Source: an uncultured delta proteobacterium (GTDB lineage: Bacteria; Desulfobacterota; Binatia; UBA9968). Taken from it: a stretch of DNA of 45,086 bases. The stretch spans positions 1-45,086 of the forward strand of contig CAWJZV010000043.1 in assembly GCA_963847445.1 (NCBI GenBank). The letters run 5' to 3'. Position 1 is the stretch's first letter. Every line of letters starts with the position of its first letter. A program made the position numbers and the translations under genes. A model generated the notes under the pieces. The model was not told the DNA's origin. It did not search any database and saw nothing but the letters and a program-made list of their open reading frames with translations. Shown one piece after another: positions 32,149 through 42,382 of the stretch.

Positions 32149-32532
32149 CTACGACTTCGCCAAACCGTGGACGCTGACGGTGCCGCAGCAACCGCCCGCC
32201 TTGTCGACAACGGGCAAGCTCGTCGCGCGATGCTCGTGGAGTTTTCGGCGCGCTTCTTCAACTGGCTCATCCGCGCCACAACACGCAGACACGGGACGCA
32301 TGATCTCTTCGACGCGCACTTCCGAAGCGCGCCGGTCATCAGCCGCCACGCCGCAACACACGTCGCGCTCGGTGACGACGCCGACCAGCTTGAGGTTTTT
32401 TGTATCCTCAACCACCGGCGCGCAGCCGCAGCCTGAATCGCGCATTGCTCGCGCTGCGTGTGCCGCCGTGTCTTGCGGCGTACAGCACGAAGACGCTTCG
32501 ATTGGTTTCATCACATCACTACAACAACTCAT
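32149..32532 (-). CDS. Stand-alone CBS-pair protein, Cys-rich
   Basis: AAGGAGG RBS; APVV...LVGVVTERD...VEEIM...LPVVD. Confidence 0.85.
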   Translation of the reverse strand: MSCCSDVMKPIEASSCCTPQDTAAHAARAMRDSGCGCAPVVEDTKNLKLVGVVTERDVCCGVAADDRRASEVRVEEIMRPVSACCGADEPVEEARRKLHEHRATSLPVVDKAGGCCGTVSVHGLAKS

Positions 32533-32641
32533 TTTCTTTTCCTCCTTCAGTTTTTGAGATCGAAATTCAATCGACGAGGCGTTGTGCGCAACAGAGGATC
32601 AACTCCCAAGTCGATTTCTGTTGTCGTGGTCGCCTCCTTCA

Positions 32642-33897
32642 TCAAGCGAGTCTAGCTTCGCGCCGCCTATCCAGCGCTTTCCACCCGATAACCAAAGCGA
32701 GCGCGAGCAATACTGCTCCGCTAAACAAATACGGCGCGTTTATCTGCCAGATGAAAAGCAGCGCCGCCCAAGAGCGGTCCGCCCGCCTGACCGAGACTGT
32801 TGGCCGCATTCTGGACGCCGAGCGACGCGCCCGCCTGTTGCTCTCCGCCGCGCTTTGAGATGAGCGCCGCGAGATTCGGAGCGATGAACGCCATTCCTAA
32901 TGCGAGCAACGCGACAAAGGCAAAGACAAAGAACTTCGTCTGCGCCGTCGCCAGCAACGCGATACCCGCTCCCATCAAGCCGAAGCCCGCGCCGATCTGG
33001 TAAATCTCGCTAATTCTTCCCGCGAGGAAGCCGACCGCGCCTGCTTGAAAGACGGTCATCACCAGCCCGCACACGACGAAGACGTAACCCACTTCGGCGG
33101 GACCGAAATCGAACTTTGCCTGAGCAAAAAGCGCGAACGTCCCCTCGAACATCGTCAGCGCGAATTGTCCGGCGAGTGCCAGAGCGAGCAGCGGAGACAG
33201 AGTTTTAACCAGCGTTCGCCAGTCCGTCTTCGCGTCTTCACTCGTATCTTTTACCGGGCTCGTATTCTGCGTCGAAGTTTTCGGCATCGATTCCGGCAGC
33301 CAGCGCCATGCCGCGAGCAGCGTCAGCAGTCCTAACAACGCCGCCGCGAAAAACGGAGTCGAGAAGGCGTCGACTTTGAAATGTCCGACGCTCCAATTAA
33401 AATGCCAGTCTCGCCGCGACAGCAAACCGCCGAGCGCGGGTCCGACAACCACGCCGAGACTCACCGCCGTGCCGAGCCACGCCATTCCGCGACCGCGTTC
33501 TTCTTTCGTCGTCATATCGACCACGTAAGCCGCCGACACCGGCAACGTCGCCGACGACAAAATGCCTCCGACAATTCGCGCCGCGTAGAGCAGCCACAGC
33601 GACGTGGACAGACCGAACATCACCTGCGCGACGACGTAGCCCGCGATACCGATTAAGAATCAGCGGTCTTCTGCCGATGCGATCCGACCAGCGTCCCCAT
33701 AACGGCGCGAAGACGAGCTGCATCAGCGGATAAACGCCGGTCAAAAGCGTCACATGCAGCACGATTGACTGCTGCGCCGCGCCCGCTTCAAGCGCGAGCC
33801 GCTCGACGTAAAACGGCAGCACCGGCAGCGTGATGCCGAAGCCGATCATCACGACAAACAAACAGGCGAGCAGGACAAATAGGTGTTTACTGATCAC
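32642..33897 (-). CDS. MFS transporter (TetA/DHA1-like); two frameshifts
   Basis: IGFGITLPVLPFY, WGRWSDRIGRRP, AYVVDMTTKEERGRGM, GPALGG; last frame ...IGWKALDRRREARLA*. Confidence 0.85.
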
Positions 33898-33964
33898 GCC
33901 AGCACCCTTCCGTTTGCCCTAATAGACTTCCCTACCACGCACGAGCCAACTAACATCATGAGCG

Positions 33965-34236
33965 TTACTGCTTTGCCGGCACACCCCACCGGCGGGTGAG
34001 AAAGTTGTAGATGGGGACGAACACGAGTCCGGCGTATGCGCCGTAGAGAAAGCTCTCAATCAACCCCAGGCAGAAGCCCCAAAAGGTCAGCCACTTGAAA
34101 GCCGGTAAAACCATCTCCAAGAATGGTGCCATGAGTGTAAGCTCGGCGGCACGATCAATCCGTAGATGACGCACAGGACGAAGCTGATGGCGGTAAAGAT
34201 TCCCAACGACCAGCTCACGATTTTGATATTCAGCAT
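33965..34236 (-). CDS. DUF5676-family membrane protein; frameshifted
   Basis: AAGGAG + MLNIKIVSWSLGIFTAISFVLCVIYGLI...FLEMVLPAFKWLTFWGFCLGLIESFLYG. Confidence 0.75.
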
Positions 34237-34328
34237 GGCTCTTACTCCTTTACGCTTCGCGGTTGTTCAGTGCTGTGTCACGGCTGAGAGTTCTTCCTTA
34301 ACTCCCGAGTACGACGGAGTTCAGCCTT

Positions 34329-34526
34329 TCAGTGCTGATGCCCGCCTGAACTGGTGTTCTCGACGCGACCTTGCGCTTGATCTTTTTCTCTTTCATCCTT
34401 GCCTCGTTGACGATGACCTCCATCATGACCGCTATGACCACCGTGCCCGCCATGACCGAACATGTGCATCGCGATAAAGGCGATGAAGATCAACACCCAG
34501 AACCAGTTTGCCAGTAACCAATCCAT
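34329..34526 (-). CDS. DUF2933-like small His-rich membrane protein
   Basis: GAGGA RBS; MDWLLANWFWVLIFIAFIAMHMFGHGGHGGH. Confidence 0.8.
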   Translation of the reverse strand: MDWLLANWFWVLIFIAFIAMHMFGHGGHGGHSGHDGGHRQRGKDEREKDQAQGRVENTSSGGHQH

Positions 34527-34681
34527 TTTAAGTTCCTCCTTTCAGTTAATTCTTAGAATCCATTATAATGATGCTCTCCGTCGCGCCTCCTCGTCTATAC
34601 TTTGAAGACGGAGCGGCGATGAAACTCTATTGCGACGGGTTCTTATCACGCTGTGTCCTGCATGTGCTTGGATGGTTACTC

Positions 34682-34706
34682 CTTTAATTTGTCATTAGTT
34701 TTGGGG
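34682..34706. repeat. 25-bp inverted repeat, left copy (partner 39537-39561)
   Basis: CTTTAATTTGTCATTAGTTTTGGGG versus reverse complement of CCCCAAACCTAATGACAAATTAAAG: 24/25 match. Confidence 0.8.
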
Positions 34707-34838
34707 CGCTGCGGCGACGGTGTCGCCGTTGGGTTGCAGTATCCGGATTGCGGCGGCAACATGCGCAGCGATCAAGCCTGAGAGCGCGTCTTCCGATTTT
34801 TGAGTACATGGCTCTATTCCTTCAACCCTGGCCGTATA

Positions 34839-35744
34839 TCAACCGGGCCGAGTAATCAGAACCGGACCGACGGAATGGCGCACTACTATCTCGGCTACGC
34901 TGCCAAGCGCCCAGCGTTTCACGCCGGAGCGCCCATGCGAACACATGGCGATCAATCCGCCCGGCGTCTTGCGTTCCAGCGCGATGATCTGGTCCCCAGC
35001 GGAACCTTCCTTCGTCACGCATGACACCTTGGCAATTCCGAGCTTCTTGACCTCGGTAACCTTCTTGTCGAGATATTCACTCGCTTCTTCGCGCACGCCG
35101 GCGATCAACAATTCGTAGTTTCCTGCGTAGAAGCCGTCGTCTCCAGCGAGGGTGTTGTAGGGAATGTGGTAAGCGCGGAACAACTCGATAGCTAGGTCGA
35201 GTTTCTGCGCGAGACCGGCAACCATCGGTAGCACACTCTCGGCCAGCTCCGACCCATCCAAAGGCACAATGATCGACTTCAGCGCCGCCTCGCCTGCCGA
35301 CTTTGCCTCTTCCGTCGCTCGAACCAACAGCAAAGCATTCGCCGTTCCACGCAAGACTTTCTCGGCAATGCTACCCAACATGAAGCGATTCAATCCGGAA
35401 CGACCGTGCGTGGCCATCGTGATCAGCATCGCCGTGTCCGCTTCGCCTCTCTCGATGATCGCATCTGCAGCTTGGGCCTTCGCCACCGTGCATTTCACGT
35501 CGGCGTCGGGAAAGGTGCTCGCGACGCCCTGGAGATAGACTGTACTGTGCCTTACGCCGTCCTCGACCATGGTATCGAGAAGCTGTGCCTTCTCGGCCGA
35601 CATTTGTGCGGCCATCTCGGCGATATCGAAAACCGCAAATAGCTCGACTGGAATTTTGAAGCTCCCTGCCAGGTAACGCGCGTAGGGCAGGACTTTCTCT
35701 GCCGTTTTGGAACCATCCAACGGTATTAGTATCCGTGTATACAT
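34839..35744 (-). CDS. Tandem-domain universal stress protein
   Basis: ILIPLDGS...MATHGRSGL..FMLGSIAEKV; IIVPLDGS...SHGRSGVKRWALGSVAE. Confidence 0.9.
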   Translation of the reverse strand: MYTRILIPLDGSKTAEKVLPYARYLAGSFKIPVELFAVFDIAEMAAQMSAEKAQLLDTMVEDGVRHSTVYLQGVASTFPDADVKCTVAKAQAADAIIERGEADTAMLITMATHGRSGLNRFMLGSIAEKVLRGTANALLLVRATEEAKSAGEAALKSIIVPLDGSELAESVLPMVAGLAQKLDLAIELFRAYHIPYNTLAGDDGFYAGNYELLIAGVREEASEYLDKKVTEVKKLGIAKVSCVTKEGSAGDQIIALERKTPGGLIAMCSHGRSGVKRWALGSVAEIVVRHSVGPVLITRPG

Positions 35745-35873
35745 GATTTTCTCCTCGTTATTTGTTTGTGTCCTACGCCCGTCGCCAGTTCACCTAAACC
35801 ACTTTGACTTTCAATTCTTTACACTTCGCCTCTTCAATCTTGGGATTTTAGTTTTGCTTACAATGTGCGAGCG

Positions 35874-36065
35874 TTATCCACAGCAGCCACCTGCCTTAGC
35901 CTCGGGCTTAGCACCGGCGGGCGTGGAGCGAAACTTTTGCCGACAGTAGTCGCTGCAAAAGTAGATCGTCTTGCCATCGCGTTCGGCGTGGAGAGCGGTT
36001 GCTTCGTCCACGGTCATGCCGCAGATGGGGTCTTTGGTCACGAATTTCGATTCCTTCATGGTCAT
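35874..36065 (-). CDS. YHS-domain protein
   Basis: KDPICGMTVD...IYFCSDYCRQKF...GGCCG. Confidence 0.85.
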   Translation of the reverse strand: MTMKESKFVTKDPICGMTVDEATALHAERDGKTIYFCSDYCRQKFRSTPAGAKPEAKAGGCCG

Positions 36066-36086
36066 GGTCCTTTCTTGTTGTTGTCA

Positions 36087-36782
36087 CTATCTTTTGATTC
36101 CGATTTTTCCGGTGCCCGGCAAACTCGCGGCAGGGGTGTCGCTTCGCGTCGTGGCCAGGTTGCGCCATTGACCCCAGCGCGGGATGAACATCGGCACGCG
36201 TTTCCGGTAAGCGCGATATTCATCACCGAACTGTTGCACCACTTTGCGTTCCTCGCTTCGCGCCAGCAGGAAATAGGAGAGAACGATGATGGGGAAAAGC
36301 GCGACAGAAAAGATGGTGGGCCAATGAACAATGCCCTCGCCGAAAAGCGCGATGAAAAGCCCGGTGTATTGGGGGTGCCGCACCAACCCGTAAAGGCGAT
36401 CCGTGACGAGCCGGTTTTCCTGCCGCGCGCGATGCAGCTCGCGCCATCCCTCCATGAAAATCCCGAAGCCGGCGAACAGTAGCGCGTAGCCGAAGATCAT
36501 CGAGATCATCATGCCCGTCTCGCCGTAACCCAACAGCGTAGACCAGAGGTTGGCGTTGAAGTCAGTCTGATCGATGCCGAAGAACCGGACGAGCAGGTAG
36601 ATGGTGAGCGGAAACCCATACATCTCCGCATAGAGAGCAATGATGAAGGCTTGGATCACGCCGGCACTCGCCCACTCCCTCCACGTCTTGGGCGCGAGGT
36701 AGCGGTATAGAAACCACGAGGCCACTACGATTACGATCAGGGCGATCCCCCAGGCTCCGGAATGTGCGATATGTTCTTTCAT
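36087..36782 (-). CDS. ICMT-family membrane protein (second paralogue)
   Basis: EMYGFPLTIY, LYGLVRHPQYTG, EE...FGDEYRAY. Confidence 0.85.
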   Translation of the reverse strand: MKEHIAHSGAWGIALIVIVVASWFLYRYLAPKTWREWASAGVIQAFIIALYAEMYGFPLTIYLLVRFFGIDQTDFNANLWSTLLGYGETGMMISMIFGYALLFAGFGIFMEGWRELHRARQENRLVTDRLYGLVRHPQYTGLFIALFGEGIVHWPTIFSVALFPIIVLSYFLLARSEERKVVQQFGDEYRAYRKRVPMFIPRWGQWRNLATTRSDTPAASLPGTGKIGIKR

Positions 36783-36916
36783 GGTAATGTTCCTTACTTG
36801 GTTGTTTTCACTGTCTTATGATTCCTGTTTTCATGTTATTCGTGTAATCGAAAATTCTTGTTCCCGTTCCTCAACAGATTGGTCATTTTTGGCTTCGGGT
36901 ACATAAGTTCCTCTTG

Positions 36917-38873
36917 TTAGCTTTCGGCAATCTGGACAAACGGCGGGATCGGACAATCCAGCGTGTCGGCGATGGCGCGGAGCAATTCGGCTTCACGTTC
37001 CTGGATCAAGCCGTCCGCGCCGACGACCTGCACGCAGGCTTCGAGCACATGCTTTTTGATTTGCGGCACGGCCAACGCCAGGCGATCGAGCGCGGTATCC
37101 AGTCTGTTCCAGCCCACATGCTTCGCGCGGCAGGAGTTGCAGCCCGTCTGCCTTCGCCCGCAGATGGGGCACGCCCGTCCGGAATGCCTTTTCGACTTCG
37201 CCGGCGTTGCTGCTGCTGACGTGCGCCAGCGCCGAGAGCACGACGCTGCAATCCCGCACGAGCGGTTTGAGCGTGTGGTATTGAATGGAGGTCGGGCGGG
37301 TTTCGCCCGACTGCGACGCGAGGTGGCGGCGGACGATTTTCTGCAGGACGAATTCAAAGATTTCGATCTGCCCGTCGCTCTCAATCAGCCATTGCAACGC
37401 CTGGCTGAATTGCTTGAACTCGTCGGGCCGAAGGTGACGCAGCGCGGGCAAGGCGAGGTTCACGAGCGGCAGCCGCGCGCGCGAGGCGATAGGCGCGACT
37501 TCAGGCCAGAGCGCGGCGGTTTTTTCGCCAACCCCCGGCGCGGCTCGCTTGGCAAGTTCCGTGAGTTGCTTCGCGCGCAAGGCGTCGTCCGGGCTGAGGA
37601 GCATCGCGTAAACCAGCGCGGTGGCGTCGAGCGGTTCGCGAGCGGCGGACTGGACCTTTTCCGAGAATGAATTCCGCAACTCCTCGGCGTAGCGCAAGTG
37701 CAGCGGCGTTGGCTTGCCCAGGTTCGGCAGCACGGCTCCCACTTGGACGACGTTGGCAGCGATGCCGGCGGCGCCAGCCCGCGCGCCGGGCATCCCGGGA
37801 ATCGGCGGAAACGGAAATCGTGACGACGGCGGTTTCACCGCCTCGCGCGGCGATTCTGCTTCAACTGCGGTGACACTGCCGGGCTTGAATTTTCCGTCCC
37901 AGCCCGGATCAATGGCGCGGATGCGTTCATCAAGCGGCGGGTGGGTGGCCAACACTCCGAGGAACGGTTTGCCCAGGCCGTTGCCGAAGAACATGTGACT
38001 GGCTTCCCCGGCGTGAGCGGATTCGACCTGCGAGCCGACACCGCCGATTTTTTGCAGCGCCCCGGAGAGCCCCGCGGGGTTGCGGGTGAACTGAACCGAG
38101 GAGGCATCGGCCAGAAATTCCCGTTGTCGGCTGAGCGCGGCCTGGATGAGCCGGCCAAAGAAAACGCCGATCGCGCCGATGACGATCAGGGCAAGCCCCA
38201 AGAGCATCAGCGGATTCCTGTCCCTGCTGCGGCTGCGCGAGTAGAGCAGGATACGGCCAATCACCGCGAGGCAGAGGATGCCGAAGATGACTCCCATGAG
38301 GCGCAGATTCAGACGCATGTCGCCATTGAGGATGTGACTGAACTCGTGGCCGATGACGCCCTGCAACTCATCGCGGTTGAGCAATGTCATGCAACCGCGC
38401 GTGACGCCGATGGCGGCGTCGCTCGGCGAGTGGCCGGCAGCAAAGGCGTTGATGCCTTCTTCGTCGTCGAGCACATAAATCTTTGGGACGGGCACGCCGG
38501 AGGCGATGGCCATTTCCTCGATCACGTTCCGCAGTTTGCGCTCATCGGGATGGGTCGTGTTGGGATTGACGAGCCGTCCGCCGAGCGATTCGGCGACGGC
38601 ACTGCCGCCCTTGGCCAAGGCGGCGGTTTTGTAGAGGCTGCCAATGACGACGACGCCGAGCGTGCCGAGCACGACGTAGAGGAAAAGCTGGGGATCCCAC
38701 AGGACGAGTGCGGGCGCCGGATCGCCAGGCTGCTGTTGGGACTGGGTGCCGTAGAAAATCAGCAGACTGGCGAGATAAACCGACGCGATGATGCACACGA
38801 CGGCGATTACGAAGTAAACCACCAGCAGCTTCGTGTTCTTCCTGGCTTTGTCCTGATGTTCGAAAAAATCCAT
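36917..38873 (-). CDS. M48 (HtpX-like) zinc metallopeptidase; late frameshift
   Basis: INAFAAG, GVIGHEFSHILNGD, SRQREFLADA, THPPLDERI; C-terminus ELLRAIADTLDCPIPP. Confidence 0.9.
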
Positions 38874-38886
38874 GAGCTAACCCTCT

Positions 38887-39489
38887 TCAAGAGAACGAAA
38901 CCTTCGTCGCCTCGCGTTGCTCCGGCTTCTCGATGACGAACAGCTCGGCGGCGGCGAAGTTGAACGTGCCGGCGATGACGCTGCTGGGAAAAACCTCCCG
39001 CTGCGTGTTGTAGGCCATCACCGAGTCGTTATACGCCTGCCGGGAGAAGGAGACTTTGTTCTCCGTCGAGGTCAGTTCTTCCATCAGGCTCAGCATGGTC
39101 GTGTTCGCTTTGAGGTCGGGATACGCCTCGGAGAGCGCGAACAGGCGACCGAGCGTGCCGGTGAGCGCGCCTTCGGCGCTGGCGAGTTGCTTCATCGCGG
39201 CGGGGTCGCCGGGATTGGCGGCGGCGCCCGTGTTGGCGGACGACGCGGCATTGCGCGCGGCGATGACGGCTTCGAGCGTGTCGCGTTCGTGTTTGATGTA
39301 ACCCTTGGCGGTCTCGACCAGATTCGGAATCAGGTCGTAGCGCCGCTTGAGCTGCACGTCAATTTGCGCGTAGGCGTTCTTGAAACGGTTGCGCAGCGCG
39401 ACGAGTTTGTTGTAGATGCCGACAGCGAACATCGCGGCAACCAATACCAGCGCACCCAGCACGATGATGACGATCAGTAATGGATTCAT
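38887..39489 (-). CDS. lemA: LemA family protein
   Basis: IDVQLKRRYDLIPNLVETAKGY, AYPDLKAN, TENKVSFSRQAYND. Confidence 0.92.
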   Translation of the reverse strand: MNPLLIVIIVLGALVLVAAMFAVGIYNKLVALRNRFKNAYAQIDVQLKRRYDLIPNLVETAKGYIKHERDTLEAVIAARNAASSANTGAAANPGDPAAMKQLASAEGALTGTLGRLFALSEAYPDLKANTTMLSLMEELTSTENKVSFSRQAYNDSVMAYNTQREVFPSSVIAGTFNFAAAELFVIEKPEQREATKVSFS

Positions 39490-39536
39490 AAAATTTTAGT
39501 TCCTTTGGTAATCTCAAAAAATTGATTGACCGGGGC

Positions 39537-39561
39537 CCCCAAACCTAATGACAAATTAAAG
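39537..39561. repeat. 25-bp inverted repeat, right copy (partner 34682-34706)
   Basis: CCCCAAACCTAATGACAAATTAAAG. Confidence 0.8.
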
Positions 39562-39653
39562 CTGCGCCAAGTCTGTGTGGCCGCCTTGGTTATCCTACCT
39601 AGTTATCTCTCCATCTTAATCACTCCTTTTACCGGCTTGCTCCTTCATCTCTG

Positions 39654-40130
39654 CTACTTACTTTCGCTCGTCTGCGTTTTCGGCCCGCGCACAATCAAGA
39701 CCGAACACCGAGCATGTAAAGCTACCGCCTGTGAGACCGAGCCGAGCAGGAAGCGTTCGATCATTCCGTAGCCATGTGAGCCGACGACGATCAAATCAGC
39801 GCCGAACGCGTCAGCTTGTTCGAGGATGACTCCCTTTGGCGAACCGGAGAGGACTTCCGTCGTGACGTTGAGTTGGCGGTTCTCCTCATCTACCCGGAGT
39901 TTGGCGGCCGCTTTTTCGACTGCCGCACGCGCCCACTCGCGCCCAGTTTTCTCGATTTCGTCATACATAATCATATTGACACCTTCCCCCGGAAACGTTT
40001 CTGGGAAATTCGGCGATTCGACGACCGAAATGACTCGCACCTTGCTACCTGCCGGAAAATGTTGGCGGGCGATTTCATCAACCGCCGCTTCGCTCTGGTC
40101 AGAACCATCAATTGCCAAAAGTATTCTCAT
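39654..40130 (-). CDS. Universal stress protein
   Basis: MRILLAIDGS...ADLIVVGSHG...FLLGSVS. Confidence 0.9.
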   Translation of the reverse strand: MRILLAIDGSDQSEAAVDEIARQHFPAGSKVRVISVVESPNFPETFPGEGVNMIMYDEIEKTGREWARAAVEKAAAKLRVDEENRQLNVTTEVLSGSPKGVILEQADAFGADLIVVGSHGYGMIERFLLGSVSQAVALHARCSVLIVRGPKTQTSESK

Positions 40131-40157
40131 CACTGCTCTCCTTCTGTAGTTTTACGC

Positions 40158-40863
40158 TCACGGCATTGCCTCGCTTCGTATCACGCCGCCGCGGGCTATG
40201 GCGGGCGGAGACGCAGGTGCCTTTGGGAACCCCCCGAGATCTCTGAATCTGAGGTGCAGATAGATGAGAAGACTCAAGATCGCCGCGAAGAAGCACCAAA
40301 TCGAAAAGAAGGCCATCGCCTGAACGAGGTACGCCGCAATGAAGGACAACAACATCAACACGCCAAACAGTTTCACGAACCCGTGACTTGAAAAGAAGCA
40401 ACTGACACAGGTCGCCGCGAGGTAGAGCGACCATCACGGGAATCACGTAGAAATGTGGCGAATTGTAGACGATGTGCCTGCCGACGACTTCAGCGACCAC
40501 CGGGCGAGTCACGATGAAATAGAGCAGATAGAGACCCACCGCGACCCCCACGGCCTCGAACGCGAAGATGGCCTTCTTGCGCCAGCGCACGGCTTCGATA
40601 ACGCCCATGGCGAACGGCATGTAGATCGGCCACAGCACGTGCGAGAATCCCGAATACAGATACGTCATCGTCTGCTTGAGAAGCGGCGCGTCATGGCGGA
40701 ATGTCAGCCAGATGACGCCTTCGGTCAGCTGCTGGATCCCGAACAGCAGCGGAATCATCGCAAAGGGTCGCTCGCTAGTCGAGTGGGTGATTCTGAGCGC
40801 CGCCACTCCGATCACAGACAGTACAGTGCCAGCCGTGAAACTTGCCGAGGCTGAAAAACACAT
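40158..40863 (-). CDS. DUF6629-like membrane protein; frameshifted
   Basis: GGAGG + MCFSASASF, IPLLFGIQQLTEG, FSIWCFFAA. Confidence 0.75.
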
Positions 40864-40963
40864 CGGACGCCTCCTTTCGTTACGCTCTGTTCCGCCGGGA
40901 CCACCTTGCTTCTCGGCTGTTTCATCTTTACTGGTACGTGTGACGAAATACCTTCGACAGAAG

Positions 40964-42262
40964 TCATAACCACCCTCCGCCAAAACCCGCTCGCCGCAAG
41001 CCGCCGACGATGTATGGGCAATTTCGCATCAATCGCCACAATAATTCCGTACGATAATTTTCGATCATCAGAATAGTCGGCCCTTCATTAAGCCCGAAAT
41101 GCCACGGCGATACCCAGCCGTGGGGATTGCCGGATGCAGCAGGGTAGGTCGGATTGAAGGACGCTTTGAAGCCGTAGCGGTTGGACTCTGTCAATTTGAC
41201 GTCATGAATACAGTAATCGAGCACGGGCAGCACAATCTCGGGCGCGAATGGCAGCGAGGCCGCCACGGCCCACGGCGCGATAGTGCCGTCGTCCGGCCCG
41301 TACGGCACGCCACGTGCCAGGTAATCGAAGAACTGGCGCTCGATGCCGGCTACGTTGATGGTGTCCGGACCGGGACCTTCGCTCGCGGTCATTCCCCAGC
41401 AGTGCTCGCCATAGTGCGCAAACTTGAGCGGGTTGTCGATCGCGTACTGTTGTTGCACATAGGTCGCGCGTCGGCTGTTCTCGAAATAGTCGATGCCCTT
41501 GTCACGCATGAAGGCGTCCTGAATACCGCGAAAGTCGATCCAGATATGCGAGAGCTGGTGCGTGAATAACGGCCCGGCATAAAGATATTCGTATCCGTAA
41601 CAGTGTTCCCACCGGTAAGTGGAAGTCCACGCTGCGTAGCTGCTCTCGGGCAGCGGATGAGTCGGCGAGCCCAGCCCCAGAATGTACAGCAGCAGCGCCT
41701 CATCGTAGCCTTCCCAGCGGTAGTTGAGAAATCCGCTTTCGGGCTTCCAGCCGTGCGTCACGGTTGCACCCTGGTTTTGCGCCCACTGCCAATCGGCGCG
41801 GCGATAGAGCGCGTCGGCGAGGGTGCGGATTTCATGCTCGTCGGCCGTATCTGCGTCAAAATACATTCCCGCCGTCAACGCGCCCGCCAGCAGAAAAGCG
41901 CTGTCCACCGTCGACAGTTCGCATTGCCAGGCGCGCCGGCCGGTCTGCATGTCGAGAAAATGATAGTAAAAGCCCTTGTAGCCAGTCGCGTCGGGCTCGG
42001 GGCCTTGCGGGCTGTTCCAGAAAAAACGCAGCGTTGTCAGCGTTCGTTCCACCGCCGCGGCGCGCGGCATAAATCCGCGTTCGACAGCCACCGGGTAGCA
42101 TGCCAACGCGAGGCCGGTGGCGGCAATACTGGCAGGCCAATCCGCTGCGGTCTTGTCGATCACCAGCCCGTTGGCTGGATTCGTCTCATGCAGAAAGTAG
42201 TTGAATGATTCGTGCTGAAGCTTTTCCAGCTCGGCATCGACGGTTAGTTTCTTGCTGCTCAT
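40964..42262 (-). CDS. Glucoamylase-family/GH144-like (DUF3131) glycoside hydrolase
   Basis: NPANGLVID, ASIAATG, GFYYHFLD, ELSTVDSA, GPLFTHQLSH, WGMTASEGP, DDGTIAP. Confidence 0.8.
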   Translation of the reverse strand: MSSKKLTVDAELEKLQHESFNYFLHETNPANGLVIDKTAADWPASIAATGLALACYPVAVERGFMPRAAAVERTLTTLRFFWNSPQGPEPDATGYKGFYYHFLDMQTGRRAWQCELSTVDSAFLLAGALTAGMYFDADTADEHEIRTLADALYRRADWQWAQNQGATVTHGWKPESGFLNYRWEGYDEALLLYILGLGSPTHPLPESSYAAWTSTYRWEHCYGYEYLYAGPLFTHQLSHIWIDFRGIQDAFMRDKGIDYFENSRRATYVQQQYAIDNPLKFAHYGEHCWGMTASEGPGPDTINVAGIERQFFDYLARGVPYGPDDGTIAPWAVAASLPFAPEIVLPVLDYCIHDVKLTESNRYGFKASFNPTYPAASGNPHGWVSPWHFGLNEGPTILMIENYRTELLWRLMRNCPYIVGGLRRAGFGGGWL

Positions 42263-42298
42263 GGTTTCACCTGGTCTGGGACCCCTGGATAAACGCAC

Positions 42299-42382
42299 CG
42301 TGCGGCCGGTGTGCTGTCTGCTGATCGTCCAGGCGGTCTCGCCGTGGCGAACCAGATACACCTGCGGAAGGGCGCCGCTCAT
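42299..42382 (-). pseudogene. Histidine phosphatase N-terminal stub
   Basis: [28 protein letters not shown] (RHG motif) then breaks off, in frame with the downstream hydrolase. Confidence 0.7.
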
